From: Acidimicrobiales bacterium | Lineage (GTDB): Bacteria; Actinomycetota; Acidimicrobiia; Acidimicrobiales; Bin134 | Assembly: GCA_963663255.1 (NCBI GenBank) | Contig: OY760141.1 | Location: 2,184,208 to 2,248,207 of the forward strand | Reading direction: 5' to 3' | Length of the DNA stretch: 64,000 bases | Part shown: piece after piece, positions 19,997 through 28,856 of the stretch | Numbering within the stretch: position 1 is the stretch's first letter | How the letters are laid out: each line of letters starts with the position of its first letter | The notes under the pieces: model-generated | Databases searched by the model: none | Told to the model about the DNA's origin: nothing | The model's input: only the letters and a program-made list of their open reading frames with translations | Made by a program: the position numbers and the translations under genes

Positions 19997-22315
19997 CTAT
20001 TCGAGGCCCATTCCGATTTCGCGGAGTTCGGCTAGGCGGACTTCTTCGGTGTCAGGGGCGGGGGGGCCGGGGACGTAGGTCACTTGTTGGATGGTGCCGG
20101 TGTAGGGGAAGGAGCCGTGGCGCTGGTGGAGCTGCCATGACACCGGGGAGCGACGGTCGATGCCCACGTCGATTCCCTCCCAGGGGATGAATCCGTAGAT
20201 CTGGGGGATGTCGGTGGCGGTGATGCCGGTGTGGCTGTCGGCGCTCACGGTGATGTTCCAGATGCGACCGCCGGGGGCGGCGACGTCGAGGACGATCTGG
20301 CGACACTCCCCCGGCAGGTTCATGGGGTTGAACACCATCGGCTGGCCGCCGCTGTTCACCTCGAAGTGCAGGGCGCCGCCCTCGATGTAGAGCACATAGC
20401 CCGAAGCCTGCCCGCCGTGGGCCACCAACACACCCTGGTCGCCGGGGCGGTGGTGCAGATCGACGGTGACGGTGAAGTTGCCGCCGGCGATGACCCGGGA
20501 TGCCCGGTAGCGATCCACGGTGGGCGTGCCGGGCAGGATCCGCAACTCTCGGGTGAGCAGGTCGTGCTCGGCGGGCCGGAGGAGGCGGTAAAGCCCGGTG
20601 CCCTCGTCGAGGGGGAAGACCCGGTTGCGCCAGGCGGCCTCCTCCCAGGCCTCCACCAGCTCGGCCAGCTTTTCGGGCTCAGCATCGGCCAGGTCGTTCC
20701 GCTCGTTGGGGTCTTCCTCAAGATTGAACAGCTCCCAGCGGTCGGTGCTGAACGGGGTCATGAACTCGTGGAAGGCGGCCACCGCCCAGCCGTCGCGGTA
20801 GTAGGCCCGGTGGCCGATGCACTCGTAGTACTGCTCGGTGCGGTCGGAGGGGGCATCGGGGTTCTCCAGCGTGGCGGCGAACGACACCCCGTCGGGGGCC
20901 TCGGAGGCCAGCCCGTGGCGCTCGGTGGGCACTTCCACCCCCAACAGCTCAGACAGGGTGGGCAGCAGGTCGATGATGTGGGTGTACTGGTTGCGCAGCT
21001 CCCCGCCGTTAGCCGCGGTGCGAGCCGGCCACGACAGCACGAACGGCACCGAGTGGCCGCCCCGATACGAGGTGATCTTGTAAAGCCGGAAGGGGGTATT
21101 GCAGGCCATGGCCCAGCCCCGTGGGTAGTGGGGCCAGGTGGTGGGTCCGCCGATGGCGTCGAGGGCGTTCATCTCCTCTTCGCCCACCTCCGCCGACGAC
21201 ATCGCTCCGGGGTTGCTGTAGGTGAAGTACGAGGTGGTTCCCTGGGCCCGGCCCTCGCGGGATGCGCCGTTGTCGCTGGTGAACACGAAGATGGTGTTGT
21301 CGAGCTGGCCGATGGCCTCTAGCTCGGCCCGGATGCGGGCCACGCTGTCGTCGATGGACTCCACCATGGCGGCGTAAACCTCCATATAGCGGGCCATGAC
21401 CCGGCGCTCGCCCTGCGAGTAGCTGTCCCACTCCCGCACATCTTCGTCGGGCTCGAAGTTCCGGGGCGGCAACTCGGTGTCAGGCGGCACCACCCCGAGT
21501 TCGATCTGGCGGGCCAGACGCTCTTCGCGGAGCTGGTCCCAGCCCTTGTCGTAGTTGCCCCGATGGCGGGCGATGTCGTCGGCCTTGGCGTGCAACGGGG
21601 CGTGGACCGCACCGTGGGCGTAGTACATGAAGAACGGCTTGTCGGGGTCGGTGGCCTTGACCTCCCGGATCATGCGGCAGGCCCGGTCGGTGAGGTCGTC
21701 GGTGAGGTAATAGCCCTCGGGATACTCGGCGAGGTCGATGGTGCTGTTGCCCTCGTACATCTGGTGGGGGTGGTGGAAGTTGGTGAGGGCCTCCATGAAT
21801 CCGTAGAACTGGTCGAAGCCCCGCTGGAGCGGCCACGAGTGATTGTCGCCGGCGATCGACAAGTCGGTTTCCTTGCACAGGTGCCACTTGCCCACCGCCA
21901 TGGTGGCGTAGCCGTTGGCCTTGAGCATCTCGGCCAGCGTGCACTGGTTGGGGGGCAGCTCGCTGGCGTAGCCGGGGAAGCCGGGATCGGCGTTGGCCAC
22001 AAAACCCACCCCCACATGATGGGAGTTGAGCCCGGTCAACAGCGCCGCTCGGGTGGGCGAGCACAGCGGGGTGACGTGGAAATTGGTGTAGCGGACCCCG
22101 GTGGCGGCCAGCTCGTCGATGGCCGGGGTGGCGATCTCTGAGCCGTAGCAGCTCACGTCGGAGAAGCCCAGATCGTCGGCCAGCACGACCACCACGTTGG
22201 GGGCGCCATCCGGCGCAGTGGGGCGGGGCGGCCACCACGACTCGGAGGTGGCCATGATCTTGCCCACTGTCCCTTCGAAGCCGGGATAGTGCTCCTGCTG
22301 GCGCTGATCGGTCAT
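19997..22315 (-). CDS. arylsulfatase (tandem paralogue of 17637..19961)
   Basis: The internal ATG at 22315 gives MTDQRQQEHYPGFEGTVGK, which is collinear with its neighbour from residue 1. The same LCSPTRAALLTGLN signature is present. The 57-codon upstream extension in the track was rejected. Confidence 0.9.
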   Translation of the reverse strand: MTDQRQQEHYPGFEGTVGKIMATSESWWPPRPTAPDGAPNVVVVLADDLGFSDVSCYGSEIATPAIDELAATGVRYTNFHVTPLCSPTRAALLTGLNSHHVGVGFVANADPGFPGYASELPPNQCTLAEMLKANGYATMAVGKWHLCKETDLSIAGDNHSWPLQRGFDQFYGFMEALTNFHHPHQMYEGNSTIDLAEYPEGYYLTDDLTDRACRMIREVKATDPDKPFFMYYAHGAVHAPLHAKADDIARHRGNYDKGWDQLREERLARQIELGVVPPDTELPPRNFEPDEDVREWDSYSQGERRVMARYMEVYAAMVESIDDSVARIRAELEAIGQLDNTIFVFTSDNGASREGRAQGTTSYFTYSNPGAMSSAEVGEEEMNALDAIGGPTTWPHYPRGWAMACNTPFRLYKITSYRGGHSVPFVLSWPARTAANGGELRNQYTHIIDLLPTLSELLGVEVPTERHGLASEAPDGVSFAATLENPDAPSDRTEQYYECIGHRAYYRDGWAVAAFHEFMTPFSTDRWELFNLEEDPNERNDLADAEPEKLAELVEAWEEAAWRNRVFPLDEGTGLYRLLRPAEHDLLTRELRILPGTPTVDRYRASRVIAGGNFTVTVDLHHRPGDQGVLVAHGGQASGYVLYIEGGALHFEVNSGGQPMVFNPMNLPGECRQIVLDVAAPGGRIWNITVSADSHTGITATDIPQIYGFIPWEGIDVGIDRRSPVSWQLHQRHGSFPYTGTIQQVTYVPGPPAPDTEEVRLAELREIGMGLE

Positions 22316-22388
22316 CGGTACTCCTTGTTCGACCCGTGAGGCTACAGACAACGTCGTATGGTGTGCCGGTGATGGCGAGGAGATCGAG

Positions 22389-23399
22389 ATGAGCGGCGAG
22401 CGAAATCGGCGGTGGACATTGCGGGCTCGGCCGGAGGGCGATATCACCGCCGATGACTTGGAGCTGACCGAGCTTGCTGTGCCCAAGCCGGGTGAGGGTC
22501 AGCTGCTGGTGCGGAGTGCATTCTTGTCGATGGACCCCACCCATCGGATCTGGATGAGCGATATCGACGCCTACATGCCCCCGATAGAGGTGGGCGACCC
22601 CATGCGGGGACGGTCTTGGGGCACGGTGATCGAGTCGCGCCATCCGGAGTTCCAGCCCGGCGACGTGGTCACTGGCGGGCAGATCTGGGAGGAGTACTCG
22701 GTGCTGGACCGGGCCGAGCGCATCCCCATGGAGCTGGGGTTGCCGCTGGAAGCGTTCACCAGCGTCTTAGGCCCCACCGGCATGACCGCCTACTGGAGCC
22801 TGCTGGATATCGGAGAGCCCCGACCGGGCGAGACCTTGGTGGTGTCGGCGGCCGCGGGGGCCACCGGCTCGGTGGCGGGCCAGATCGGCAAGATCCAGGG
22901 CTGCCGGGTGGTGGGGGTGGCCGGCGGGCCGGAGAAGTGCCGGTTCGTGACCGAGGAACTGGGCTTCGACGCCTGCGTGGACCACCGGGCCGGCAACCTC
23001 GACGAGCAGTTCCGGGAGGCGTGCCCCGACGGGATCGACGTGGACTTCGAGAACGTGGGCGGCGACGTGATGGATGCCATATTGGGGCAGGTGAACAACC
23101 ATGCCCGGGTGGTGCTGTGCGGTCTGATATCCACCTACAACGCCGAGGGAGACTGGTGGTCGCCCCGGCTGTTCCGCAATATCTTGTTCCGGCGGTTGAA
23201 GGTGCAGGGAATCATCATCACCGACTACTTCCACCGCTTCGGTGAGGCCCTCCCCGTTCTGGCCCAGTGGGTACTCGACGGCCGCATCCGCTACCGGGTG
23301 GACGTGGTGGACGGCATCGAGAACGTGCCCCAAGCGCTGTCCCGGCTCTTCGAGGGCCGCAACATCGGCAAGCAGCTTGTGAGGGTTTCAGCCGACTAG
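22389..23399 (+). CDS. NADP-dependent oxidoreductase (MDR superfamily, YncB/alkenal reductase-like)
   Basis: 336 aa with an N-terminus of the PTGR/YncB type (ELTELAVPKPGEGQLLVRSAFLSMDP) and the nucleotide-site motif AAAGATGSVAGQIGK. Confidence 0.8.
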   Translation: MSGERNRRWTLRARPEGDITADDLELTELAVPKPGEGQLLVRSAFLSMDPTHRIWMSDIDAYMPPIEVGDPMRGRSWGTVIESRHPEFQPGDVVTGGQIWEEYSVLDRAERIPMELGLPLEAFTSVLGPTGMTAYWSLLDIGEPRPGETLVVSAAAGATGSVAGQIGKIQGCRVVGVAGGPEKCRFVTEELGFDACVDHRAGNLDEQFREACPDGIDVDFENVGGDVMDAILGQVNNHARVVLCGLISTYNAEGDWWSPRLFRNILFRRLKVQGIIITDYFHRFGEALPVLAQWVLDGRIRYRVDVVDGIENVPQALSRLFEGRNIGKQLVRVSAD

Positions 23400-23400
23400 C

Positions 23401-23874
23401 GTGCCTGCCATGACTCCTGAGGACTTGGTTGAGATTGAGGCCATTCGCCAGCTCAAGGCCCGGTACTTCCGGTTCATGGACCAGAAGCGGTGGGACGAGT
23501 GGGAAAACGTGTTCTGCGACGACGTGGTTATCTCCACCCCCGACGACACCGGGTCGGACTCCGACATCCACGGCAACAAGGCCTTCCGGGTATACCTGGA
23601 GCCCATATTGGCCCCGATCATCACAACCCACCACGGCCACATGAGCGAGATCAGCATCGACGGGCCGGATACCGCCTCTGCGGTGTGGTCGATGGAAGAC
23701 CACTTGGACTGGCCGCCGGAGAGCGGCGTGGGGCAGATGTGGGGTACGGGCTGGTACGAGGAGACTTACCGCAGATGCGACGACGGGCAGTGGAGGATCG
23801 CCTCGCTTCTGCTGCGGCGGCAGCGGGTTGAGGTTGAGGGGAATCGGGTGTTTCCGGCGGAGCGTCCTAGCTAG
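23401..23874 (+). CDS. SnoaL-like / NTF2-fold protein
   Basis: EIEAIRQLKARYFRFMDQKRWDEW is typical of SnoaL_4 family N-termini. The start is either GTG 23401 or ATG 23410. Confidence 0.7.
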   Translation: MPAMTPEDLVEIEAIRQLKARYFRFMDQKRWDEWENVFCDDVVISTPDDTGSDSDIHGNKAFRVYLEPILAPIITTHHGHMSEISIDGPDTASAVWSMEDHLDWPPESGVGQMWGTGWYEETYRRCDDGQWRIASLLLRRQRVEVEGNRVFPAERPS

Positions 23875-24008
23875 CTTTCCATCCGGGGTCGGCGGGTGCC
23901 GTTGTGGCGATCGTCCGGCGGGGCGGCGGGTCCTGTCCCGGCCCAGCCCGCCGTCCTCGATGAACTCCGGGCGGCGGGCGCCCTGAGCCGGGCCACCCCC
24001 CACCCCGC
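23874..24008. repeat. structured intergenic repeat, copy 2
   Basis: Its core blocks at 23932..23959 and 23968..23998 are identical to copy 1, while the sequence between the arms differs. Confidence 0.85.
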
Positions 24009-24035
24009 CTATGTTTCGGTGGCGCCCGCCGACCC

Positions 24036-24686
24036 CTACGGGTGAGGGACTACCGCTAATACGACGCCCTCGTGCACGGAGAGTTGGGGGGATGATGTGG
24101 TTGCTCGGTTGCTCACGCCGCGGCTGGTTAGGGGTTCCAACATCTCGTCGTTCAGAGGCCAAGCCAGGCCGGTTGTAGTTACTCGGGCGGTGCCTCCGAG
24201 GGCGAATAGGGAGATCGTGGTGCCAGGGTTTACGTCGAGGATGCGTTGGCTGTGGACCACGATGGCTTGGGCGTCGTTTAGCCAGGCTTCTATGTCGACT
24301 CCGGACCATTTGGGGGAGGCCAGAACTGCGAGGTTGCCGAATAGGTGGTCTAGGCGGCCGCCTCCGGCGCCGATGACGATGATTCGGTCGGCGAGGCGGG
24401 TGGCTAGGTCTAGGGCTAGTTCTAGGTCGGTTTGGTCTTTGTCGGGGGGGTGGCGTTCTATGCGGGTTCCGGACTGCTCGGCGGTGGTTAGGGATTCGGG
24501 GGAGACGGAGTCCATGTCGCCGACGGCTACTGCCACTTTCAGTCCGGCGGCTTGGGCGTGGTGTAGGCCGGCGTCGGCGGCTACTACAACTGCGTCGGCG
24601 GGGAGGCGGGCGATTTCTTCGGGGGTTGGGGGGTCGCCGCCGGCTACCACGACCACGGTGATGGCTGTGGAGTCAGGCTCGGGCAT
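24036..24686 (-). CDS. thiamine pyrophosphokinase
   Basis: The internal ATG at 24686 forms a TGATG overlap with the upstream stop. The sequence VVVAADAGLHHA...AVGDMDS...DKDQTDLELAL...GAGGGRLDHLFGN fits the TPK catalytic pattern. Confidence 0.8.
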   Translation of the reverse strand: MPEPDSTAITVVVVAGGDPPTPEEIARLPADAVVVAADAGLHHAQAAGLKVAVAVGDMDSVSPESLTTAEQSGTRIERHPPDKDQTDLELALDLATRLADRIIVIGAGGGRLDHLFGNLAVLASPKWSGVDIEAWLNDAQAIVVHSQRILDVNPGTTISLFALGGTARVTTTGLAWPLNDEMLEPLTSRGVSNRATTSSPQLSVHEGVVLAVVPHP

Positions 24687-25732
24687 CAGAAGGGGCGGGT
24701 GATGGCTCGGGTGGGGCCGAAGTTGTGGAGGCCGCCGGCGTGGAGGTTGCCTAGGCCGCCGGCGCACATCACGATCACGTCGGTGGGGTGCTCCACGATG
24801 TAGGCGGTGCCGTCGGAGCTGATCCGGTCGCGCTCGGCCAGCCACTTCTTGTGGGTCTCGGGGAATTGGTCGACTTTGTGGCAGGCGTTTCGCCACAGGG
24901 CCTCTTGCACGTCTTCGATGGTGGGGAAGGCGGCGGCCAGCATGTCGGCCCAGGGTGGAGGTACCACCACCATGACCTCGGCCCCCCAGTGGGAGATGTA
25001 GGCGTTGGTTCCCACATAGGCCAGCGACTGGCCTATGACCCAGGACAGCGAGCGGCCGTCGTCGGCCGCGATGTCGGCGATGTCCATGGTGCCGATGGTG
25101 CCGTAGACGGTGACCGCGTCGCCGCTCACCCCCCGGCGCTCGGCCAGCGGTGGCCACGGGGAGCGCTCCTCCCACTCCCCCATCACCAGCCCCACCACCC
25201 GGGCCGGTTGGCCCAGCACGCATTTGGATGTCTCCCCGGCCACCTGGCCGCCGACATTGCGCATGACCAGCCGGATGGCCCGGCCGATAGCCGGTCCGGC
25301 CCCGGCGGCCCCGCCGAAGCACCCAGCCTCATACGGCAGATCCAGATGGTCGCGGGCCGGGCCGTTCACGAACAGGCAGGGCACCACCGAGCTGGTGGTG
25401 GTGTTGAGGGCGAACAGGTCGAACGGTCGCTCGGCCATGGCCTCCAGCGCCGCCATCATCAAAGGCATGGCCTCGGGGGCGGCCCCGGCCATGCAGGCGT
25501 TGACGGCCAGCTTCTCCACCGTGCACCAGGCGTTGGCCGGCGGCACTTCCAACAGCACCGAGTCGACCGGTCGGCCGGCGGCGGCGGTGAACCGGGCCAC
25601 CCGCTCGGGAGTGGGCGGGATCAACGGCAGGCCGTCGCCCCAGCCTTGAGCTGTGGCCCAGGCCATGAACTCCGCGGGGTCGTCGGGGGCCTCAATTTGC
25701 CCTTGAGGAATGGCGTCGCCGTCAGGAGTCAT
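24686..25732 (-). CDS. uncharacterised conserved protein, partner-family paralogue 1 (adjacent to UGSC selenoprotein)
   Basis: 348 aa. It aligns by eye along its full length with 47887..48924, sharing the motifs DGLP(L/V)xPPT, NAxMAGxxPE, TTxxxxPC, AIGRA(I/V)xLxxxNxGG and C-terminal CAGxGNL. I recognise no domain. Confidence 0.7.
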   Translation of the reverse strand: MTPDGDAIPQGQIEAPDDPAEFMAWATAQGWGDGLPLIPPTPERVARFTAAAGRPVDSVLLEVPPANAWCTVEKLAVNACMAGAAPEAMPLMMAALEAMAERPFDLFALNTTTSSVVPCLFVNGPARDHLDLPYEAGCFGGAAGAGPAIGRAIRLVMRNVGGQVAGETSKCVLGQPARVVGLVMGEWEERSPWPPLAERRGVSGDAVTVYGTIGTMDIADIAADDGRSLSWVIGQSLAYVGTNAYISHWGAEVMVVVPPPWADMLAAAFPTIEDVQEALWRNACHKVDQFPETHKKWLAERDRISSDGTAYIVEHPTDVIVMCAGGLGNLHAGGLHNFGPTRAITRPF

Positions 25733-26266
25733 CTACGTCGGCACTCCCAGCGAGTCCAGCAGCGATGGCCAGAAATCGTGGGCGATCTGGCGCACTTCCG
25801 GCTCGGGGCGGGTGTCCAGCGGGTAGGGCAGCACGCACTGCCGCAGGCCGGGCCGTTCCAAATTGCGGGCCATAATCTCGGCCAAGGGCACGAACTCTTC
25901 GGTTACGACGGCGACCGCCGTCTTGTCCTGGGCCGCCACCGCAACTGCGTCGTGGACGGTCCAGGACGTGCAACTGCCTCAATTGCCCAATCCGACGATG
26001 GCGATGTCCACGTCGGTGGCGAAGTTCTCCAACTCCACCAGCACGGCATCCTCGAGCTTCACGTCCTGGCGGGACTCCGAGCACCACGGCACCACCTCGG
26101 CCCCCGCGGCCTCCAGCTTGCGGGTCCATTCATCGACGGTCCACAAAAAGGAGCGCCAAGTGAGGTCGTAGCGGATGCCCACTCGCTTGCCGGTCAGCGG
26201 ACCGGCATCGGGCCCCCGATCCGGATCGATAGCCGGCGGAGCCGCCGTCGGATCCAATACCAACAT
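25733..26266 (-). CDS. UGSC-motif selenoprotein (in-frame TGA at 25981..25979 read as Sec)
   Basis: Tracked ORFs 25979..26266 and 25733..25939 are in the same frame and are separated only by one TGA. The read-through sequence is ...DIAIVGLGN-U-GSCTSWTVHDAVAVAAQDK... The same U-G-S-C-T-S context occurs in the second locus. Confidence 0.75.
25948..25968 (-). promoter_or_regulatory. candidate SECIS-like hairpin downstream of TGA 25981..25979
   Basis: RNA CGUC-C-UGG-ACCGU-CCA-C-GACG begins 10 nt after the UGA. It has 4 + 3 bp with a C/C mismatch and a 5-nt loop containing GU. Folded by eye only. Confidence 0.35.
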
Positions 26267-26313
26267 GGGTGCAGACTACCGGGCCGTGCCGCTCTAGCCG
26301 GTTTGAGAAAGGG

Positions 26314-27123
26314 CTACCGGCCGGTGAATTCTGGGGGACGACCCTCTTGGCGCGACTCGGCCCATTCCCGGAAATCGGCTGACCGGGACGACAACTCCAT
26401 GGCGAAGGCCTCGTCGCCCAGGTGGGCCTCCAGGCTGCGCCCGGAGCTGCGGTGGATGAGGGTCTTGGCCAGACCGACGGCCACGGTGGCCGAAGCGGCC
26501 AATCTGGCGGCCAGCGCGGTGGCTTCGGCATCGACTTGGTCGGCAGGCAACGCCCGGTGGATCAGACCCCATTCGGCGGCGGCAGCGCCGGAGACTTCCT
26601 CGCCCAGCATGAGCATCTGCTTGGCCCGGGCCACGCCGGCCAGACGAGGGAGCAGCCACGACGATCCGCTGTCAGGGGTGATGCCCATGGAGGTGAATGG
26701 GGCCCGCAATCGAGCGTCGTCAGCCATCACTGCGAAGTCAGAAGCCAGCACCAGGCTGAGTCCCAGCCCTACGGCCCATCCCCTTACCGCGCACACGATG
26801 GGTATTTGAACCTCCAGCATCACCGGGATGAGCCGGTTCACCAGATAGGGCATGCGCCGGGAGATGCTGCCCGGCCGAGGGCGAGAACCGCCACCAGCCC
26901 GCCCGGCCAGGTCGAATCCGCTGCAAAAGTTGTCGCCCACCGCGTTGAGCAGGACCGCCCGGACCTCCTCGTCGGCGCTACCCGCCTCCAGGGTGTCGAT
27001 CAGGGCTAGGACGATGTCGTCGGTCAGCGAGTTTCGGCGCTGGGGGCGGTCGAGGGTGAGGGTCAGCAGCGGCGGCGCCGACACCACTTGCAGCCCCTCG
27101 GGTGGAGTGGGATAGGGCTTCAT
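26314..27123 (-). CDS. enoyl-CoA hydratase/isomerase family protein
   Basis: Crotonase-fold pattern with LTLDRPQRRNSL, FCSGFDL and GLGLSLVLASDFAV. Confidence 0.85.
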   Translation of the reverse strand: MKPYPTPPEGLQVVSAPPLLTLTLDRPQRRNSLTDDIVLALIDTLEAGSADEEVRAVLLNAVGDNFCSGFDLAGRAGGGSRPRPGSISRRMPYLVNRLIPVMLEVQIPIVCAVRGWAVGLGLSLVLASDFAVMADDARLRAPFTSMGITPDSGSSWLLPRLAGVARAKQMLMLGEEVSGAAAAEWGLIHRALPADQVDAEATALAARLAASATVAVGLAKTLIHRSSGRSLEAHLGDEAFAMELSSRSADFREWAESRQEGRPPEFTGR

Positions 27124-27145
27124 GCCCGGCCCAGGCTAGTGGTCC

Positions 27146-27946
27146 TTAGCCAGGGACGAGCTCGGCGGCACCGAACACCACCGAGAACCTCACGCACCAG
27201 ATCACCACCGTGGAGTAGACGTCGAGGTCTAGGTCGCGGGGGATCTCGTAGTTCTGCGAACCGACGTTGCCCTTCAGATCGCCGAGGTCGACATAGACGT
27301 CGGTGAACTGGCCGACGGGGGCGTCCGGGGGCGCCGCACTCAGGTAGACGTTCAGGTCGGGGCCGTTGTCGGTCCTGAAGTCCTCAAACCGCAGGAACCG
27401 CTGGCCGGTGCCGTCGCCCAGCACATCTACCGTTCCGCTAGTGGGATGGCTTCGGCTGATGAACTCACCCGATGCCTCAACCCGCACCTGGGGCATATCC
27501 GGCATGGTTTCTGCCACCGGCTGCTCCTCGGGCATGCCGAGCTCTTCCATGGCCTCGTCCATCTCGGCGATGAGCTCTTCTGACAGCTCGTCGCCCGGCA
27601 TCGGACCTGTAGCTGTCGTGGGCGCGACGGTGCCGGAGTCGGCGGCCGGCTCTGTCGTGTCGGGGGCCGCAGCTGTCGCCTCCGCATCCGGGGTAGCGGG
27701 ATCAACCGCCGTTGGGTCGGGTGCGGCCGGCTCGTCAACTTGGGTGTCGGCCACTGCGCCGCTGTCGAACAGCGGGCCGGCCTCCTCCACTTTGTCGTCG
27801 ATGAAATAGGTCTGGAAGGCGAACCAGAAGAACACCAGCCAGATCAACAGGCCCAGCAGGGCGGCCAACACCACGGCGACGAGCACCTTGGCTCGGACCG
27901 ACAATGCCTTCAACCATCCCCACAAGCGGAATATCAGCCGTTTCAT
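27146..27946 (-). CDS. membrane-anchored DM13 domain protein
   Basis: N-terminal TM helices are followed by a Pro/Ala/Thr/Asp-rich linker. The C-terminal part, SGTVDVLGDGTGQRFLRFEDFRTDNGPDLNVYL...IWCVRFSVVFGAAEL, matches the DM13 pattern. Confidence 0.7.
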   Translation of the reverse strand: MKRLIFRLWGWLKALSVRAKVLVAVVLAALLGLLIWLVFFWFAFQTYFIDDKVEEAGPLFDSGAVADTQVDEPAAPDPTAVDPATPDAEATAAAPDTTEPAADSGTVAPTTATGPMPGDELSEELIAEMDEAMEELGMPEEQPVAETMPDMPQVRVEASGEFISRSHPTSGTVDVLGDGTGQRFLRFEDFRTDNGPDLNVYLSAAPPDAPVGQFTDVYVDLGDLKGNVGSQNYEIPRDLDLDVYSTVVIWCVRFSVVFGAAELVPG

Positions 27947-28037
27947 ACCCCCAATTTACGGGGAGAAATCGCAAATCACAGATGATCGCCCTCCGAATGA
28001 CGGGGCATTTCCATGACTGCCGCGACAGACTGGCGAG

Positions 28038-28841
28038 ATGGGCTACGAGACGCTGATCGTGGAGCGCAAGGGCCGGGTGGGATGGCTGATAAACAACCGG
28101 CCCGATCAGCTCAACGCCATGAACTCCCAGATGCGAGAAGAGTTTGCCGAAGCCTGGCTCGAGCTGGACCGAGACCCGGAGGTGCGGGTGATCGTCCACA
28201 CCGGCGAGGGGCGGGCCTTCCAGACCGGGGTGGATGTGATGGAGCTGGCCACCGACGGGCAGGGCATGGAGCGCTACCGGGAGTCGGTGGAGAACTTCGA
28301 CCTGCACTTCACGTCGTGGCACCAAAAAGTTCGCAAGCCGGTTATCACCGCGGTCAACGGCATCTGCTGCGGGGGCGGCTTCCACTGGGTGGCCGACGCC
28401 GACATCGTGATCGCCGCGTCCGACGCCCAGTTCTTCGACCCCCACGTGTCGGTGGGCCAGGTGGTGGCCCTTGAGGCCATCGCGCTGTTGAAGAAGATGC
28501 CCGCCGAGACGGTAATGCGCATGGCGCTGATGGGGGCCCACGAGCGGATGGGCCCCCAGCGGGCCTACGAGCTGGGCATGATCAGCGAGATCGTGGACCC
28601 GCCCGAGTGCCTGCGGGAGCGGGCCGGCGAGATCGCCGACGCCATCGCCCGCAACTCCCCCTCCGCCATGGCCGCCACCAAGAAAGCCCTGTGGGACGCC
28701 ATGGAGCATGGCCTTACCGACGCCAGCAAGACCGGTGCCTTCCACATGACCGGCATATGGGGCCACCCCGACCAGATGGAGGGCCCCGCCGCTTTCGCCG
28801 AAAAACGCGAGCCCCAATGGGCTCCTTTGGACCCTGCTTAA
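28038..28841 (+). CDS. enoyl-CoA hydratase/isomerase family protein
   Basis: VGWLINNRPDQLNAM, AFQTGVDV and GICCGGGFHWVADADIVIA are crotonase oxyanion-hole motifs. Confidence 0.85.
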   Translation: MGYETLIVERKGRVGWLINNRPDQLNAMNSQMREEFAEAWLELDRDPEVRVIVHTGEGRAFQTGVDVMELATDGQGMERYRESVENFDLHFTSWHQKVRKPVITAVNGICCGGGFHWVADADIVIAASDAQFFDPHVSVGQVVALEAIALLKKMPAETVMRMALMGAHERMGPQRAYELGMISEIVDPPECLRERAGEIADAIARNSPSAMAATKKALWDAMEHGLTDASKTGAFHMTGIWGHPDQMEGPAAFAEKREPQWAPLDPA

Positions 28842-28856
28842 GCTAAAGAAGTACCT

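Noticed and set aside
19997-22486. N-terminal extensions of tracked ORFs, for example 22316..22486, 15855..15908, 15912..15962, 45789..45971, 46694..46771, 42730..42786, 43565..43657 and 56920..57108.
   Set aside because: Internal starts give N-termini that match the family or the paralogue (the two arylsulfatases both begin MTDQRQQEHYPGF), have SD-like sequences or signal peptides, and remove overlaps with neighbouring genes.
25733-26266. Interpreting the split ORFs at 25733..26266, 48946..49494 and 63374..63898 as pseudogenes or as separate small genes.
   Set aside because: In all three cases the only interruption is a single TGA (never TAA or TAG) and the frame is preserved. The residues right after the TGA are conserved. 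The TGA falls at a redox-active position (UxxC twice, and the peroxidatic Cys of Bcp), and a hairpin follows. Sec recoding is the more economical explanation, although it is still unproven without the sel machinery.
24788-26809. Very long ORFs antisense to or overlapping the called genes, for example 24788..26809 (+, 673 aa), 5764..7167 (-), 7065..8078 (-), 14106..15833 (+), 33575..34948 (-), 50785..52578 (-, upstream part) and 55559..57106 (-).
   Set aside because: These are typical stop-poor shadow frames of high-GC DNA. Their translations are Arg/Gly/Pro/His-rich low-complexity sequence with no recognisable motifs, while the opposite or alternative frame carries clear family signatures and GC3 bias.
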